Source: Oopsacas minuta (lineage: Eukaryota; Animalia; Porifera). From it: 64,000 nucleotides of DNA. Both the position numbers and the translations under genes were made by a program. This document shows, in pieces, positions 13,413-25,370 of this stretch; the first letter of the stretch is position 1; each line of letters opens with the position of its first letter. Where the stretch lies: assembly GCA_024704765.1 (NCBI GenBank), contig JAKMXF010000305.1:100682-164681 (forward strand), in the 5' to 3' direction. The notes beneath the pieces are model-generated. The model did no database searches. It was not told where the DNA came from and was given only the letters and a program-made list of their open reading frames with translations.

Positions 13413-13516
13413 TCAACAATCGCTCATCGAATTATTTGCATTAAAGTTCTCTAAAACCTGACTCTGCGGGTTTTCAGAAAGCTTGAGAGGTGGCTTGAAT
13501 GGTTTAGCTGGTTTTC
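13413..13516 (-). CDS. DOCK: Candidate distal terminal DOCK exon with Pro-rich segment
   Basis: Acceptor ttttgcacctttag. Phase-1 reading (G)KPAKPFKPPLKLSENPQSQVLENFNANNSMSDC* with TGA at 13413-13415. Pro-rich tails are typical of DOCK-A/B proteins. Confidence 0.55.
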
Positions 13517-13857
13517 CTAAAGGTGCAAAACATAGAACAGCGTATATTTAGCACGGAGGAAATGGGTTAATATACAAACAAGTGGAAAGGAAAAAGAATA
13601 ATGAGAAACATACTGGTGACTTAAAATTTTCATGAATAATTATCTACAATTGTGACATTGAATCAGACCAACATTTAGATACTATTACTCAATTATTATG
13701 CGTGTGTTTCTTTGTTTGTCTGTTTTTTGTCCAGTTTGTAATATAGCATAGATGTTGGTTATGACCTCCAAGCCGTTCATCGATTTTTGAGGCATTAAAA
13801 GAGGACATCAAGTTATTCATCAATATTTTAATACGATTCGCTTATTCTAATGATATA

Positions 13858-15215
13858 CAGGGTGGGCCACGGGAAATCGGTTGAAATAGAATGATCATAC
13901 CTCGGCACACGTATGTTCATTTCCTATTGCCAACATTTCATTTTGTAGTTAGAAGAATGCTATTTTGTGTTTAATTAACGATTAGATCAATAGGAAGTTA
14001 TGACAAGGCTGAAACTGGAAGAAAGGACTAATGTCTTAAAATGGTACTACAAAAATCATGGTTCCATAGTTACAACGCAGAGAAGATTTAGAAGATTCTA
14101 TAACCCTAGGACTGCTCCTAAACCAGATACCATCAAAATATTGTCAAGAGGTTTGAGGAGAATGGTACTGTAGTTGATACAGCTAGACCAGGACTATGCC
14201 AGACAATGAGGACCCCCAATAACATCGAAAAAGTGAAGCGTAAACTTGCGGATTCACCACATCGTTCATCAAGGAGGCTTTCAAGAGAACTTCAATTGTC
14301 CAGGAAAACAGTCAGGAAGATTCTTGTAGATGATCTCATTCTCTTCTCATATAAGATACAGATCCTACAGAAGCAATCTACAGTTCAAAAAGAGAAGAGA
14401 TTGACTTTTGCAAAGCTTATCGCAGGGAAGGTTGAGAAGAACGAAATTAACATCGGTAATATTGACTGGAGTGACGAGGCCCATTTTCACTTTTCTAGAC
14501 ATGTTAATAAACAGAACATGAGGATTTGGGGTGAGGAAAAGCCAGATCCACTTGATAATAAGCCTTTAACACAAGAAAAGGTCACTGTCTGGTGTGCAGT
14601 TGGCTCCAAGAGGATTATTGCTCCGTATTTTTATGAAAATAATGAAGGGTCAAGAGTGACCGTGAATGGTGTCCAATAACTTGATATGTTAAAGTCCTAC
14701 TGCATTCCAACTCTCAGAAGACGTAAGGAACTTGGTAGCATAACATTTCAACAAGATGGCGCACCCCCACATATAGCTAAAGTTGTTATTGACTTTCTTA
14801 GAGGGAAATTGGCAACCAGCTGATTTCACGAAACTGTGACTTCTTTTGGCCACCTTACAACCCAGATCTAAACCCATGTGATTTTTACTTATGAGGATAC
14901 CTGAAGAGCAAGGTTTACTCCAATCCTATCCCTGAGACTACTGAAGACCTCAAGAGAAACATTCGCCGGGAAATAAGACGGATCAAGGCAGAAACACTGA
15001 AGAAAGTCTCAGAATATATCCTCACGAGATTGCAAAAAGTGAAATCTTTAAATGGGAGCTGGATCGAGCATTTTATTAATGGATAGCTACTCTACAAGAT
15101 GAAAACTATAATATCACTTTATAAACTTTAATATACTTTCTACAGAATTGACTTATCTTTTATTGTTTAGAAATTATACAAATTTGTTTCAAACGGTTTT
15201 CCGCAGCCCACCCTG
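13858..15215 (+). mobile_element. Tc1/mariner element, rosa (DD41D) family, full length but disrupted
   Basis: About 31-bp imperfect TIRs CAGGGTGGGC..., TA TSDs. ORF 14206-14679 contains WSDEAHF..VNKQNMRIWG and KVTVWCA. Restoring one base gives FQQDGAPPH-(41 aa spacing)-PDLNPCDF. Several stops and frameshifts. Confidence 0.93.
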
Positions 15216-16619
15216 TATATAATTACAATATAAATATCATCGAAATTGTAGAGCGATCACAAAGGCCATCAAAATTAATGACACAAAAATATAGCTCATC
15301 AAAAATTTCCCGGCTAAACTTTGGATGACAATGAATCTAACCTCAATCTACCTATTATAGACTTAGCGAATACGATCCATGTATATGGTAAATTAGGGGG
15401 GAACAAGATACATATCCTTTTGTTAACGTGAACAAGGTAAACAATTACAATGGGGTAATTAAATATACTGAATCAGAACATGATAGTGTAAACGCCATGT
15501 GACAATATTTATTGCCACATGACTAATCATATTATCACACCTTTTGGATGATCATCTGAAATGAGAATTCTTTTCACTTGTATTATAGGGTAACTGAGTA
15601 AGCCGATTCCAAATATGACAGCGTCAATAATGAATAGTTAAGTTGTTTAGGTGCATGATATACACAGAAAACAGCTTTATTCACATTCTCAGAACATTGG
15701 ATTCAGTACAGGGATAATTATTGAGAACGCTGACTCCAAACATGATACAATCAGCAACTGGTTGTGAATATTTGTTGTTGGTTATGAAAATAAAGTAAAC
15801 AAATTGTAAACAGTCGCATAACCTTATTACAAGGCTTTTACTATGGTAATCTGCAACGCTGATTCTGAATATGATCTTTGTCAGACAAAAAATCCTCCTG
15901 GTTATAAAAATACAGGTGCGGCGCCAGAGGGGAAGCAGGAGAGAATGCTGCCGGCTAGTGGTGTGGTAGGATTTTAAGATTATATGACAAGGTTTGAAGT
16001 TACTGAGTTTAATGGCCACTCACAAGCCAAATTGGGAGAGTGCTTTTATAAACCTTGAACTTAAACCTAATATAACTACAAATTTTAAAAGGATATCACT
16101 CAGGTTTATGATAGGAATAAAGCACTCGGTTAAATTAATATTCTTGAAGAAAAACTATATTATGTGAAATGAATTCTATGATATATATTTTGTGCACACT
16201 ATATGCATACCAATCTTTGTGACCTCTATCCCTCGACGGGGCTACATATCTCCCTGTATTTTGAAAATCGCTGGGCCGCAGAAAATTTTGTCATGGACCG
16301 CTATGCTTCACATCTAGAATACTACATACAAGCCAAAATATACATCTATCCCTGGACACATAAATATTCTCAAAACCATGATGAATTTACATACTTATAT
16401 GGTTGGATAATACAAAATAACCTGAAACCATACTGCTTACGAATAAATGTGGCTGGCTTCTAACAACCAGTAAATTTTTAAACTTTCTATATAAAAACGC
16501 TACCATTTGGCAGGTCTGACATATGTAATAGTAACAAAAATTAGCTAGAATTTCTTGATATTGCTGAAAATTTTTGTAATAATACTTTAGGTTGAAGACG
16601 AACAAGGCAAACTAGAATT

Positions 16620-17180
16620 CCGGGAAGTTTCTAAGGGAGAAGGGGATGTTACTGTACTGGAGTTCTACAGCTATCGCCTGAGGGTCAGGCCGCTCTTAAT
16701 TTAGATCAATCTCTGCAGAAAATACTTCTAGCTATTTGTCTAGAGCTTCTTTCAGGACTGAAAGTAAATCTACAGCTGTTAGTTTCTGTGGCAGTGAAGA
16801 TAAAGTATCACTCACAGTAAATTTAGTTCCGAATGCATCCTGTGGTAGCTGAAGTGATTATAATTACCTCTGCTGATGTTGATTTCTGGAGCTGAGGTTC
16901 GAGGATATGTAAATCATCTTTGGCCCATAAGAAGTAATTGCTGCTGATGCCCCAAAGGATTAATAGAATATGAAGATTGAAGCAATCAACTGTTCCTGAT
17001 CTCATACTAAATGCAGGAACACTCTTCTCGCACTCTCTTACAGATTGATATATTCAAATATTTAGCAAGGATTTGGAATTTCTTATCTTCCACATTGCCA
17101 AGAGAGTTGTAACTTTTCCAGTCTTTAAATGTACTCGGCGAGGCTCATCAACCTTAGTCTCGGACATGAGCATTGTTATC
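16620..17180 (-). mobile_element. Probable degenerate non-LTR retrotransposon RT fragment
   Basis: The - strand reading VDLLSVLKEALDK*LEVFSAEIDLN resembles the CR1/L2 RT segment EALDKG..VDVIYLDF. Heavily decayed. Confidence 0.4.
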
Positions 17181-17817
17181 CCATATTTCATATACCTTCA
17201 ATCCCCTTATTATTTCCATGTACTGAATTGACTTTCGCAATAATCGTTTTACATAATGAAGTAATTAACTGATATATTTTAGTATAATATTTTTCAGCGA
17301 TCATTGCTACAAACGACCATATATTTGATAATTAAGTGAATCATGCAGGAAATCTAGAACACACAAATAAATCAGAATATCTACAATCAGGTAGACAGAT
17401 TGCCAGAATTGATTGAGTAATAAACAAATATACCATATTGGAAAGAGTATCATATTGACCATTTGAAACGAAGTATTCTTCCACAAAATTACTTTATGAA
17501 GTATATACCCAGTAAGTTCTTATACAAAATTACTAACACATACCACTTAGAAGAATTATCCTATAAATGTCATTATACTCCTTTTATCTAGATATTAATA
17601 AAGCAATTCTTGTTAACATTATATCAAAAACTAAACTCAAATATACAGATAGAAGGGAAAATCATAAAAGAATAGTCCAAATATAATTTACCTAAATTTA
17701 TGCTACAATTACTCCAACACGCTCACACTAACATTGATGTAATTTGCTCTACACACAGATTACTAAAGGACTTGAAACACTTTGAAATCGTCCCAAAAAG
17801 GGTAAGTTACTTTCTTC

Positions 17818-18501
17818 CATAGCCTACTAATGATCAGACCTGATCACTACTTTGGACCAGGGATAAGAGGAATTGTATATATTTAAATGTATTGTTGATA
17901 GGTAAGAATTCACAAAAGGCACTTTTGTGAAATATTCAGATCGAAGTGAAGTCATTTTTAGCGTAGTTGGAAATAAATATTCAAATTGCTCATTTTCTGT
18001 GTGATAACTCCAAAAATGCTAACTATATGATGATAATTTTATACATTTCTACAAAACGGTTTAGAGCATTCACTATTTCAACATTTTGAACATTGATAAA
18101 TAATCATCATTCTACATAGTTTCAAAGATTGAGCAGTTTTTAATATATAACAACCAATTACCCTAACTAATGAGGTCACTTCGATCTGAAAATTTCAGAA
18201 ATGAAGCTTTTGTATATTCGTATATGCTAACAATGGAGTTATTCCGGTGAAAATATACCAGTTTCTTATTATAGGCGATTATAGATTTTCCCAACAAAAT
18301 ATATCCACTTTCTCCTATCCCTGGTCCAGTGAAATTGACTCAGTGATCAGCAGGGCCTTATTTACTAAACTACTTAACATAAACTTAAACTTAACCTTTA
18401 CTCGGATCCAAGTAAAATTTAGTTTGCTAAGTTTGCATAATTTTACTTCAACATAGTACTTTAGTGAATAAGTCCCCAAGGCTTATCATTAGTAGGCTAT
18501 C
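17818..18501. mobile_element. Long-TIR foldback non-autonomous element, copy 1 (P-superfamily-like)
   Basis: Termini CATAGCCTACTAA... and ...TTAGTAGGCTATC with about 150-190-bp diverged inverted arms. Flanks TTTCTTC and ATTCTTC give a 7-bp TSD at 6/7. A small MITE interrupts the right arm. Confidence 0.75.
18352..18477. mobile_element. About 126-bp MITE inserted in the right TIR of the foldback element
   Basis: TIRs AGGGCCTTATTTACTAAA versus the reverse complement of the right end GGGGACTTATTCACTAAA (15/18). Removing it restores collinearity with the copy at 53281-53330. Confidence 0.65.
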
Positions 18502-19954
18502 ATTCTTCATATTAACGTAGTAAATTCATTTCTGCCATTTAAAACATATTGATTTTTAATAAACTACATAGGTATCAAATTTCAATCTACTCAACAGGCT
18601 TTGAGTAGAACCTATATTGATAAACAAGTATATCACTATCAAGGATGTAAATAATTATCTTCCACTATGCCTTTCTTGCTACATCTATCAGCTATCAAAA
18701 TTTCCCAAATTATAAATTGTATTCAGTAGTGAAAATTGTCTCCTTCTGCCATGTTGATTATCGTTTTTGTTAATTTTCAAAAGTAACAATTTATTTATAT
18801 ACTCTTGACCAACCACCAATAGTTATTTGTTAATTCTAGTCCATTTGATATTATTGCGTAAACAGGAACTATTACGAAATGTGGTCAACTCAAAATTACC
18901 AGGGCTATCGGGTAAATCCAGGGATACAGTTAGGTCACCATTGGAATATATGAAATCAACAAATTAGTCAACTATTCAATCCTTGGAAACTTGGTACTTA
19001 GGTATGCTAGATCGCGAAAAATTTTGCACCGAAATTGACCTCATGTATATCCTAAGGTACTGTTAAGTCAATATTAGAATACCATTATGACAACACATAA
19101 TTCAATAATTCAACCCTTGAAAAGTGATTGGGTATTTACATATGTTTGAAACAGTTCCAGTCAATATAGGTATTACCCAGAGAAATTTATTGAAAGAATT
19201 AAAAAATTACAGTAGATGGACAACATATTGACGTCAATATCACTGATGATGATGTAGATGACTTATGCTGTGACACTGAAAGAATTCCCTGGCATCTTCG
19301 AAAGCTATCTGACGTGAGATGGATAATGTACGAACAACCACGGGAAGAAAACAAGTAAGAGACACAAAAAGAGGAAAGTAAAGAGGGGACCCAAATATAG
19401 CACAAAGTCATAAAAACCTACAAGCAGAAGTTTAATTGATTAGCAAAAGACACTTAAAAATAAACCTAACACGGCAAAGAAAATTTGAGAATAGATGAAC
19501 TCAAAATTTGCTATTTTCATCTAATAGAATGAAAATACATTTTGGCAATTTTTGGGAAAGCTAAAAAGTCCGAATAGCGGGTTTTCAGGTAAAATCTGGC
19601 AGGGGGTGATTTCATTGTAAATATCATTGGAATGCATAGGAGAGATTTAGTCTCTGAATTTCAATTAACAGAATACGTCCGGAAAATGAGTGATTTTATT
19701 ACTTCAAAGGGGTGCTACAATCTCGTTCTTTTACAGGAAATGGTTAAAACAAAGTGAAATTTTGTAAGCCTCTGTAGATGACAGGAGTATCTCTCAAGGA
19801 ATTCAGTTGAGATGCTATTTCTAACCAGTTTGAAAACTACCGACGTTACATACATCCATATTATTAAAGCTCAATTTGCGTCAATGTGTCATGCTCCATT
19901 ATAGAACACACATAAGTTCAGTTCATAATGTCCAGAACCAAATATTACAGGACA

Positions 19955-19996
19955 CAGCGACAACAAGCGTAGTTCGAGCAAGCGAAGCCTGCTAGT
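19955..19996 (+). mobile_element. Possible Helitron-like 3' terminus
   Basis: GC-rich CGAGCAAGCGAAGCCTG followed by CTAG-T; a similar reverse-strand motif lies at about 29430-29465. Weak evidence. Confidence 0.3.
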
Positions 19997-20129
19997 TTGA
20001 TGTGAATAGCCCAAGTTGTAATGAATGAGAGATAGAGGTTCATACATTTCAACATAGTCATATTATTTCCCTTCACTTGTTTATTAGACTTATTAAGCAT
20101 GAATAAAATGTCATGAAGATATGCCACGT

Positions 20130-21480
20130 AATTTTTCCGGGATATCATTTTCTCTACTGTTATCCTTAAGTGTAACCTCGAAGAACCCCATAACAGTGTC
20201 TTAGATTTCGTAAAATCTTGTTAAATAGGTTCTCTTAGATAACCAAAGAACCTCAGTATGAAAAAACAACCGCTTGAAGTCTCCGTAGATATATTGCATA
20301 AGATCGGAAGAGGCGATCATTCTAGGACCTAGCACTTATTCCGCTAATGCACTTGATCATACAGTCCAGAATGTCACGCACACAACAGAAATGTTTAGCG
20401 ACCATAGAGTAATTGTGGATGACACCAGGAACCTCGCGTTTCAGAGTGCCATGAATCCGCGAAAACGTCCAAAAAGGCGTGAGCCCAATAACGGCGCACA
20501 GTTTCTTCATTGATGTCACTTTATCTTCGTAGAAATGCCTGACAGCCTCAAATCACGATATGGCTTGTGCATCTGCTGGCAATGAAATATGTTTCATTTT
20601 AAAGCACAAACCTGAACTAGCTAATCAGTAATACTTCGTTGTTTCTGACGGTAGGTTCATCAGTTTGAAGGGCATGATCTGTCCTAGATAGCTTGCATCG
20701 GATTGCTCGGAAATTTGAAATTGTTAATTTGGTCCGATACTGACCGATGTCCCACTACTAGCGGCATCGATTATACATTGGAATGCTTGGGAGAATGTAT
20801 TCAACCAAAGTATTGGTTATTGTTTCAATTTGGTTGTTCAATATATATAGAGCGCATATGGTTTTTACAGACACGGTTATAAGGATATAGGAAAAGTAGT
20901 ACAGATAGGTCATATAATCAGTTCTCTTCTGTCCATGATCGGTCGTGTCCGGTCCTGGTCAATTATTTTCTAGCAATCTGCAACACTAGTCCTCCTAGAC
21001 AAGAGCTAAACATGCTGCGACTCGATGATATCTCCTATCTAGTCGATGCCTCGTTGCACCGTATCATAGCTGAGCGGCATTGTACTCAATCTCGAATTGG
21101 GAATTTGACACATAACCGCCTCTATTTCTCCTTGGCACACGGAAATAATAGTTCATTCCAATAGTGTGGAGCATACCAGTTTTGCTATCATGAATGAGAT
21201 ACTGGAAGAAGCATTAAATCCATTTACATAAGTTGTCTGTCTTTGCGAAGAGATATTACCTGTTTCTCGATTTTCCGTGTCTGCTTTGATTTTGTGGAAA
21301 TCTGTGTGCACATTGCAGTCATGCATTGACTAACATGGTCTTTCAGTCTATTAAGTTTCATTGCTTCTTTAGAAAGAGCCTACCGCAGATTAGACACAGC
21401 CGTCTAGTGGTATCTTTCGGACTGGTTAAATCCATAATAGAGGAAACACCCAATATTGGCGATATTTTATGTATTTTTAC
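20130..21480 (-). mobile_element. Degenerate hAT (Buster/Charlie-like) transposase
   Basis: BED-finger remnant (LCLICGRL-SKEAMKLNRLKDH) near 21340-21410. Catalytic-region remnants LKREVPGVIH, SARS*NDRLFRS and FFHTEVLWLSKRTYLTRFYEI near 20220-20450. Confidence 0.8.
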
Positions 21481-22193
21481 AATGAAATCACACACAAAAA
21501 GAACTAAATATTTCAAATATGATGATTAAACTCTACGGAGTCTAAGACTGTGGAGAAGGAAAGTTTCTCCCGTCAAACATCCAATCGGAATTTCCTCCCT
21601 AATCCCCTCTGATAGCTTCATCACAAAATTGGGGCTATATCGCACGTTCAGAACCACTGTATTAAGCAAACATATCTATCTTTCTAATCAATCTGAACAA
21701 ATAATGAAGTAATGCGACTGGAAAGAAGTTTTTGGAGAGCGCAAGCAATTTGGTGGATTTACAGTATAAGCGTGAGTGTATGACAGGCTAGATATCCACA
21801 AACATGGGTTTGAGGCTGTGGCGCTAGCCATCCTCTACTGTTGGGGCATAAATACGTCACAAGTGGTGGGGGATAAATCATTTTCTGAGCATACCAATAT
21901 TAATCAGGCGGGGCATAGGCCTAAACTAGTCCTACCAGGGCGACACCTTTGATATTAAACTTATCAGGGTTTCATTTTATAATTTCATAAAATTATTTCG
22001 CCACTAATAAAATAAAAAGTACTGTTAAGGAATACAATTCACAATTGTAGAGATCAAAGAGAAGGTTCAAGGTTTGGATGTAAATACAAGCACACAACCA
22101 AATTAAGGCCGCGAAGAAACTAACGTATTGAATTCGGAAACTAAAATTATAAACTGTATTAACTTGATTTCACTAGCATTGGGTTAAACATAC

Positions 22194-22376
22194 CATTCCT
22201 TTGCATTTCATCATCCTCAGAAATTGAACTGATACTTTTCGTCGGCAAACTCGTTTTGACATGAACCTTACCAGTAATACTAATTTGTTTTCCAAAGTAT
22301 TTCGTCTTTCCAGAAGACCTTCCACTTTTAGCGGAGTAAGAATTCTCCCGTTGTCTAGTCTGTGTAACAAGCAAAT
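22194..22376 (-). CDS. DOCK: Candidate DOCK C-terminal Ser/Lys-rich exon (183 bp, phase 1 to phase 1)
   Basis: Acceptor cttcactctacag, strong donor AATG/gtatgt. Open frame (D)LLVTQTRQRENSYSAKSGRSSGKTKYFGKQISITGKVHVKTSLPTKSISSISEDDEMQRN. Phase is compatible with the 39579 donor and the 13516 acceptor. Assignment to DOCK rests on phase and position, not homology. Confidence 0.65.
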
Positions 22377-22732
22377 CTGTAGAGTGAAGCAGTAAAGACA
22401 TAAGAATGAATTATATTCGTATATCTTAAAAAAAGGTTATGTCAACTATACTGGATAAATAAAGGGCTAAAGTAAATAGACAAGGGCCATTCTATCAACA
22501 ATGACCAAATACGGAAATTCCCTAATAAGCACTGGAACTAGAAATTTTCGTTTTGTACAGCGAAAATTCTCGCATGCATATATACCATCTTATAAATTCT
22601 TAAAGTACTAATATTTAAAGAAATTCGGAATTTTATTATTGAATTACAGGCTTATCAAATGATCATACAAAACAAAAAAATTTGGTTATTCGCCAAATTA
22701 TTCTCGGTTTAACCAAAATATTCAACAATGTA

Positions 22733-23126
22733 GAGTGTAAGCCGCTTAATCGAGACTTGGATAATCGGGATGCTCGCGTAAACGGAACAATGCTTTCGGA
22801 ACAGATTTTTTGATACAAATATTATTGGAGAATTGGGAGAGCGAATCGGTCAATCGGGATTCTTTATCCTGATTACACTACTCAACAAAAATTTTGTTGC
22901 ATTTCTACCAACACTTGTTGTTACCTAATTTTCGGGCGCTACAACCAGACATTTTTGCTAGACCCTAAAGCCACGATATGGTAGTGGTGAATAAGATATT
23001 TCAGCTCATGAGACCACAAAAACACACTTGGAATACTTAAATAATGATGATCGGTTAATCGGGACAGTCGGTTAAACGGGACAAAACATCGCCTCCTCAG
23101 CAGTCCCGATTAAGCGGCTACCACTG
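22733..23126. mobile_element. Tigger/pogo-like MITE (394 bp)
   Basis: TA-flanked imperfect TIRs GAGTGTAAGCCGCTTAATCG and CGATTAAGCGGCTACCACTG, with internal GGGACA/TCCCGATTA repeats. Related to 10972 and 63836. Confidence 0.8.
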
Positions 23127-24379
23127 TACTCGACTTCCACTTTTGAATTAATAATTTTCAAAACTTATTAGAAAATATTGATAAACTGGCTGGGACAATA
23201 CGTGAACATAACGAATGTGTAAATTCAAGATAAATTCATGAGTATAATATCGCTTATTAAAATAGAAATGCGAGTGGGATGGCTCCCAACGGGTATATAG
23301 CGCCCGATGCCAATATTACCACGATATACGTTGTTAGGCTAGGACGAGGGTTAAGACCTAAATTTCGGGCCCGATGTATTTCCAGTGATTATCTATGGGT
23401 CAGTGACAAAAAATGCTAAATTAACAAATATTACAGCCAGCCAAAATATTTAAGCGCATGTGTGGCCTAAAAACAAGATTCTGCCAGGCGAGGACTATGG
23501 AAAACTGAATAATTCTACAAAAGCTCCAATATGGAATTGCAAACCTCTCTTAGGATAATCAATGGCCGTGGCAAAGCATTCTGCAGCAGCAATTTGCTAT
23601 GTATAGTATACTGAAATGTGATAGTGTCAACTAGCATATACTAATCATGGAAGTATAAACTAGTTTTGAGTAGACAAAATCACAAGTAAATTTGAGAATC
23701 AGTTAAAAGAAATGTTGTCATCAAATAAATGAATTGGAAAGGTTGTTGTCATCGAATGTATGAGTTGAATGCATAGACAACATAAATCAGTTCTGGAAGT
23801 ATTGAAAGTAGGCACCGAAATTTCTAGTTTCCAGGGTGAGATTCCACCCGAATCAATTCCAATATATCAAAGAAGTTGTGAAACGATGTACTTATTCACA
23901 AACTATAAACTCCTCGGATACATAGCCGCTTGGGGTAAAAGAGAGGGAAATATTCGATATTGTTTGGAGTAAATAATTCATTTTAAAAAGACAAATATAA
24001 AATATTAGAAATATAAAGTTTTTAAAGAAATTAACAAAATTACTAATACCAATTAGTTAGTCATTTCGTGCAGCAATGCACATCTTTATCCGTCAAACCC
24101 ACGCTATTATTGATGATACGAAAAGATTTAATGAAATTTCAAATTTACGATATTTTCAGAGTCAGAGGCATATATACGTATGAAAAAATCACTTCGGAAT
24201 AAGTTAGGGGTCTAAACTAGGTATATTACTTGGGCATTCAATATGCTCCAGACCCATTACTCTAAAATCATAGATAAGATGATAATTAAATACATTATTT
24301 CATGGTGTGCTCGAAATATTCGCCCTTGTGCGAGACGCATGGCTTTAACCTTCCTATCCACATCAGGAATTGTTTAAGA

Positions 24380-25370
24380 ACTCTTATGCGGGCATATCTT
24401 TAAGGATCTTATGAAGCTCATATCCGAGTGCAAGTCTTGTGTCAAAAACCTTACCTGCCAAGTGCTTTATGACTAAACTGAAAAGTTCAAAATCACATGG
24501 CGATAGATCAGGCTATATGGAGGATGGGACAACTCAACCATTCCAATTTCACTCAGCATTTCGCCGACAATCTTAGATTTGTGAAGTCTGGCATTATCGT
24601 CCTATATTCGGGTCCCTTTGGCCCCACGACTTGGTCTCTTCGAATAGTAATGATTCTCTACCCCATCAAACATTCCTCTGCGTGAAATTTTCCGGTCATT
24701 GTGCTATTCTTTGGGACACAAATGAAAGCTACTATACCATGAGCATCAAAGAATAAACAGTATAGAACTTTCATTGCACGGAAGTCCGGCCTGGGATTAG
24801 TGTTTGGGGAAGCACCATTAGGGAGCCACGTTTTGCTTTGTTTATTTTTCTTAGAGGCTCAGCAGGTTTAATCCAGATCTCATCACCAGTGCATACCTCA
24901 GCTAACCTGCGATAGTCAGTATCCTGATACAATTTTAATAATTCCTGCGCACAAGAGAGGCGGGCACTTTCCTGATTCTCTATGAGAATATGCTGCGTCC
25001 ATCTGGATGGAATCTTTCTATATCCAAGATGGTTGATCAAAATGTCATCAACACTTCCTGTTGAGATATTGGGATATCGAGATATAGAGCTATCTCAGGC
25101 ATAGTTGAGTGGGGATCGACAACTACAATATTCTTGACCATATCGATGGCATGTGACGTGATAACGGAAATAGGGCGTTCCGATTAGCCGCATCTTCCAG
25201 GCTCTCCCTTCCGTCCCTAAATCACTTGGCCCATTCTTTCAGACATGAATACGAAAGAGCATTATCCCGATATACTTTCAACATCTTTTCATAAATATCC
25301 ATCAGCGTTTCACCAAGCCTTGTACAGAGCTTTACTACTGCACTTTGTTCAAATTTCAAGTTGAAGTCTG
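24380..25370 (-). mobile_element. Degenerate mariner transposase (DD34D)
   Basis: GRESLED, NHLGYRKIPSRW, CTGDEIW and DNARLH...HPPYS(P)DLSPCDF, with 34-residue spacing after restoring one base. Confidence 0.88.
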
